Shown here piece after piece: positions 62,301 through 64,000 of a DNA stretch of 64,000 nt (positions are counted from its first letter, which is position 1; each line of letters opens with the position of its first letter). Location of the stretch: contig OZ024742.1 of NCBI GenBank assembly GCA_964016885.1, positions 260,338,001 to 260,402,000 on the forward strand. Reading direction: 5' to 3'. The notes below the pieces were generated by a model. The model was not told where the DNA came from. It worked only from the letters and a program-made list of their open reading frames with translations, and ran no database searches. The stretch comes from Eledone cirrhosa (taxonomy: Eukaryota). Both the position numbers and the translations under genes were made by a program.

Positions 62301-64000
62301 CGGCCTACCGTGACTCTTGGACAGCGAGGCAAAGTTCTGCGAAAGGCCGATTTCAGCCGCTGAGATAGAGGACGCGCTGAGCCAATGCGGCAAACGCAAA
62401 TCTCCAGGTCTCGACGGTCTACCCTACGAATTTTACGTAGCAATGCCGGACTTATTCTCCGGTCTCCTGGAAGCGGTCTACTGTAACTGGCAACAGAATG
62501 GGAGAATTCCCAGTTCTGTGACCGGAGCGTAGTCACACTAGTCAGGAAGGACGAGAATAAGGGGGATGACATAGGCAACTTCCAGCCCATAACTCTGCTA
62601 AACACAGAGTTACAGATTTTGGCCAAGGTGTTGGCAAAGAGGCTGGCGCATGCCGTCGAGAACCTGGTGGGAGCAGCGCAGACATGCGCAATCCCGACCA
62701 GGTCCATACACGACAACCTCCACCTCATGCGATACATCATAGAGAGGGTAGTGTGTAAACCTGACTTCGGTGGGGCCCTGATCAACTTGGATCAGTCTAA
62801 GGCTTTCGATAGGGTTGACCATCGTTACCTGGATGCGGTGCTCGAGGCGGCAGGCTTCGGACCCGTGTTCAGGGGCTGGATTGCTGCAATGCATAACAGC
62901 AACATCTGCTCAAGGGTTAAGGTGAACGGCTACCTCTCGGAGCCGTTCCATATCACGCGATCCATTTGACAGGGATGCCCTCTCTCCTCCCTTCTGTACG
63001 TATTGACTCTCGAGCCACTACTGCGGAAGTTGGAGCTATTGCATGGCATCCCTCTGGAACCGGGACTGTGGAAAGCGGCGTCGGCCTACGCCGACGACGT
63101 GACAGTAATGGTGTTGAGTGCCTCGCACATCAAGGAAGTCGGCACCTTACTGAAGGAATACGAAAGGTTCACATGAGCGAAGCTGAACCGGGACAAGTCC
63201 ATCGGTTTGCAACTCGGATCGTGGAGAGGCAAACCGATGCCTTCCGATGGCGTCGTCGGATGCTGGACGGAAGGACCAGTAAAGCTGCTCGGAGTCTAGT
63301 TTGGTCCGGACCTCCAAGTGGAGAAGAACTGGAACGAGGTGTCGGCCAAGGTGTTTGCACTCACCCAGAAGTGGGCCGAGTGCAAACTATCATTGATAGG
63401 TCGAGCGGAAGTGGCGAACACTTTTATAGCGTCCACCATCTACTACCACTTGACCGTCGTGCCTTGTCCAGCCAAAACGCTCGCCAAAATGGAGCGCGTG
63501 CTCTTCCAATTCCTTTGGAAGAGGCAGACTCCTTTGGTGAGAAGATCCATCTGCTGCCAACGCCCTTCCAACGGAGGGCTGGGGATGCCTGGCTGACGAT
63601 GCGCAAACACGCGTTCAGGCTGCAGCATCTCTACGTATTCCTCACCGGGCAACTGGTGTGGGCCCCGTTCATGAGGCAAGCCTTCCCACGACTCGTCTCG
63701 CTGACCGAGCTTCAGTCCTGGGTCAAGCAAAGACCGAGGAAAATGGGCGACTGGCACATCGAATGTGTTCAGGCGCTCACAGCCCTAGGGCAGGCGGACC
63801 TGGCGATCAGTGGAGACTCCACTTCGTCATTCTATAGAGGGTTGATCCGCAGCAAGTGCAACGACGTGCTCGGTGAAACTCTGGCCGTAGAGGAAGACGA
63901 ACTGGCCAGTCTGTTCGGTAGGACCTTCCGCCCGGGACCGATGGACAACTTCCAAAAGTCCCTGGCCTGGCAGTGCTACCGAGGAGCTCTACCAGTTCGA
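59345..64000 (+). mobile_element. Tx1-clade copy 5, 5'-truncated within ORF1, runs off the window end
   Basis: ORF1 with CYHCLSSGHLKAYC ends at TGA 61018. ORF2 starts at ATG 61050 and retains YADD (63087-63098) but has frameshifts and stops. Confidence 0.93.

Noticed and set aside
49579-63757. Numerous minus-strand and alternative-frame ORFs within the Tx1 copies
   Set aside because: Expected shadows of GC-rich coding sequence and the A/C-rich linker; no recognisable domains.

Overview
AT-rich, microsatellite-rich eukaryotic (animal) DNA. The SINE and MITE families look like those of octopus/coleoid cephalopods (inferred from repeat sequence alone). Positions 1-33 kb are the intron-rich 3' part of a + strand single-pass membrane protein gene that resembles turtle/IGSF9: a transmembrane exon at 24029-24160, a 46-nt exon at 26905-26950, a 2.27-kb terminal coding exon at 30352-32620, and two candidate small symmetric exons. 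Introns and downstream DNA hold tRNA-derived SINEs, TTAA-flanked piggyBac-type MITEs, and RTE, Dong/R4, CRE and Helitron fragments. They also hold several (TA)n-flanked fold-back palindromes, some carrying minimal hammerhead ribozyme cores of Penelope-like type. Positions 46.8-64 kb are a head-to-tail array of five Tx1-clade (L1-like) non-LTR retrotransposon copies from clearly different subfamilies. Every visible junction is a (TCTA/GATA)n tract, and one copy has a visible 17-bp TSD. This points to a GATA-microsatellite-targeting retrotransposon lineage. Most short ORFs in the supplied track are artefacts of simple repeats or antisense frames.
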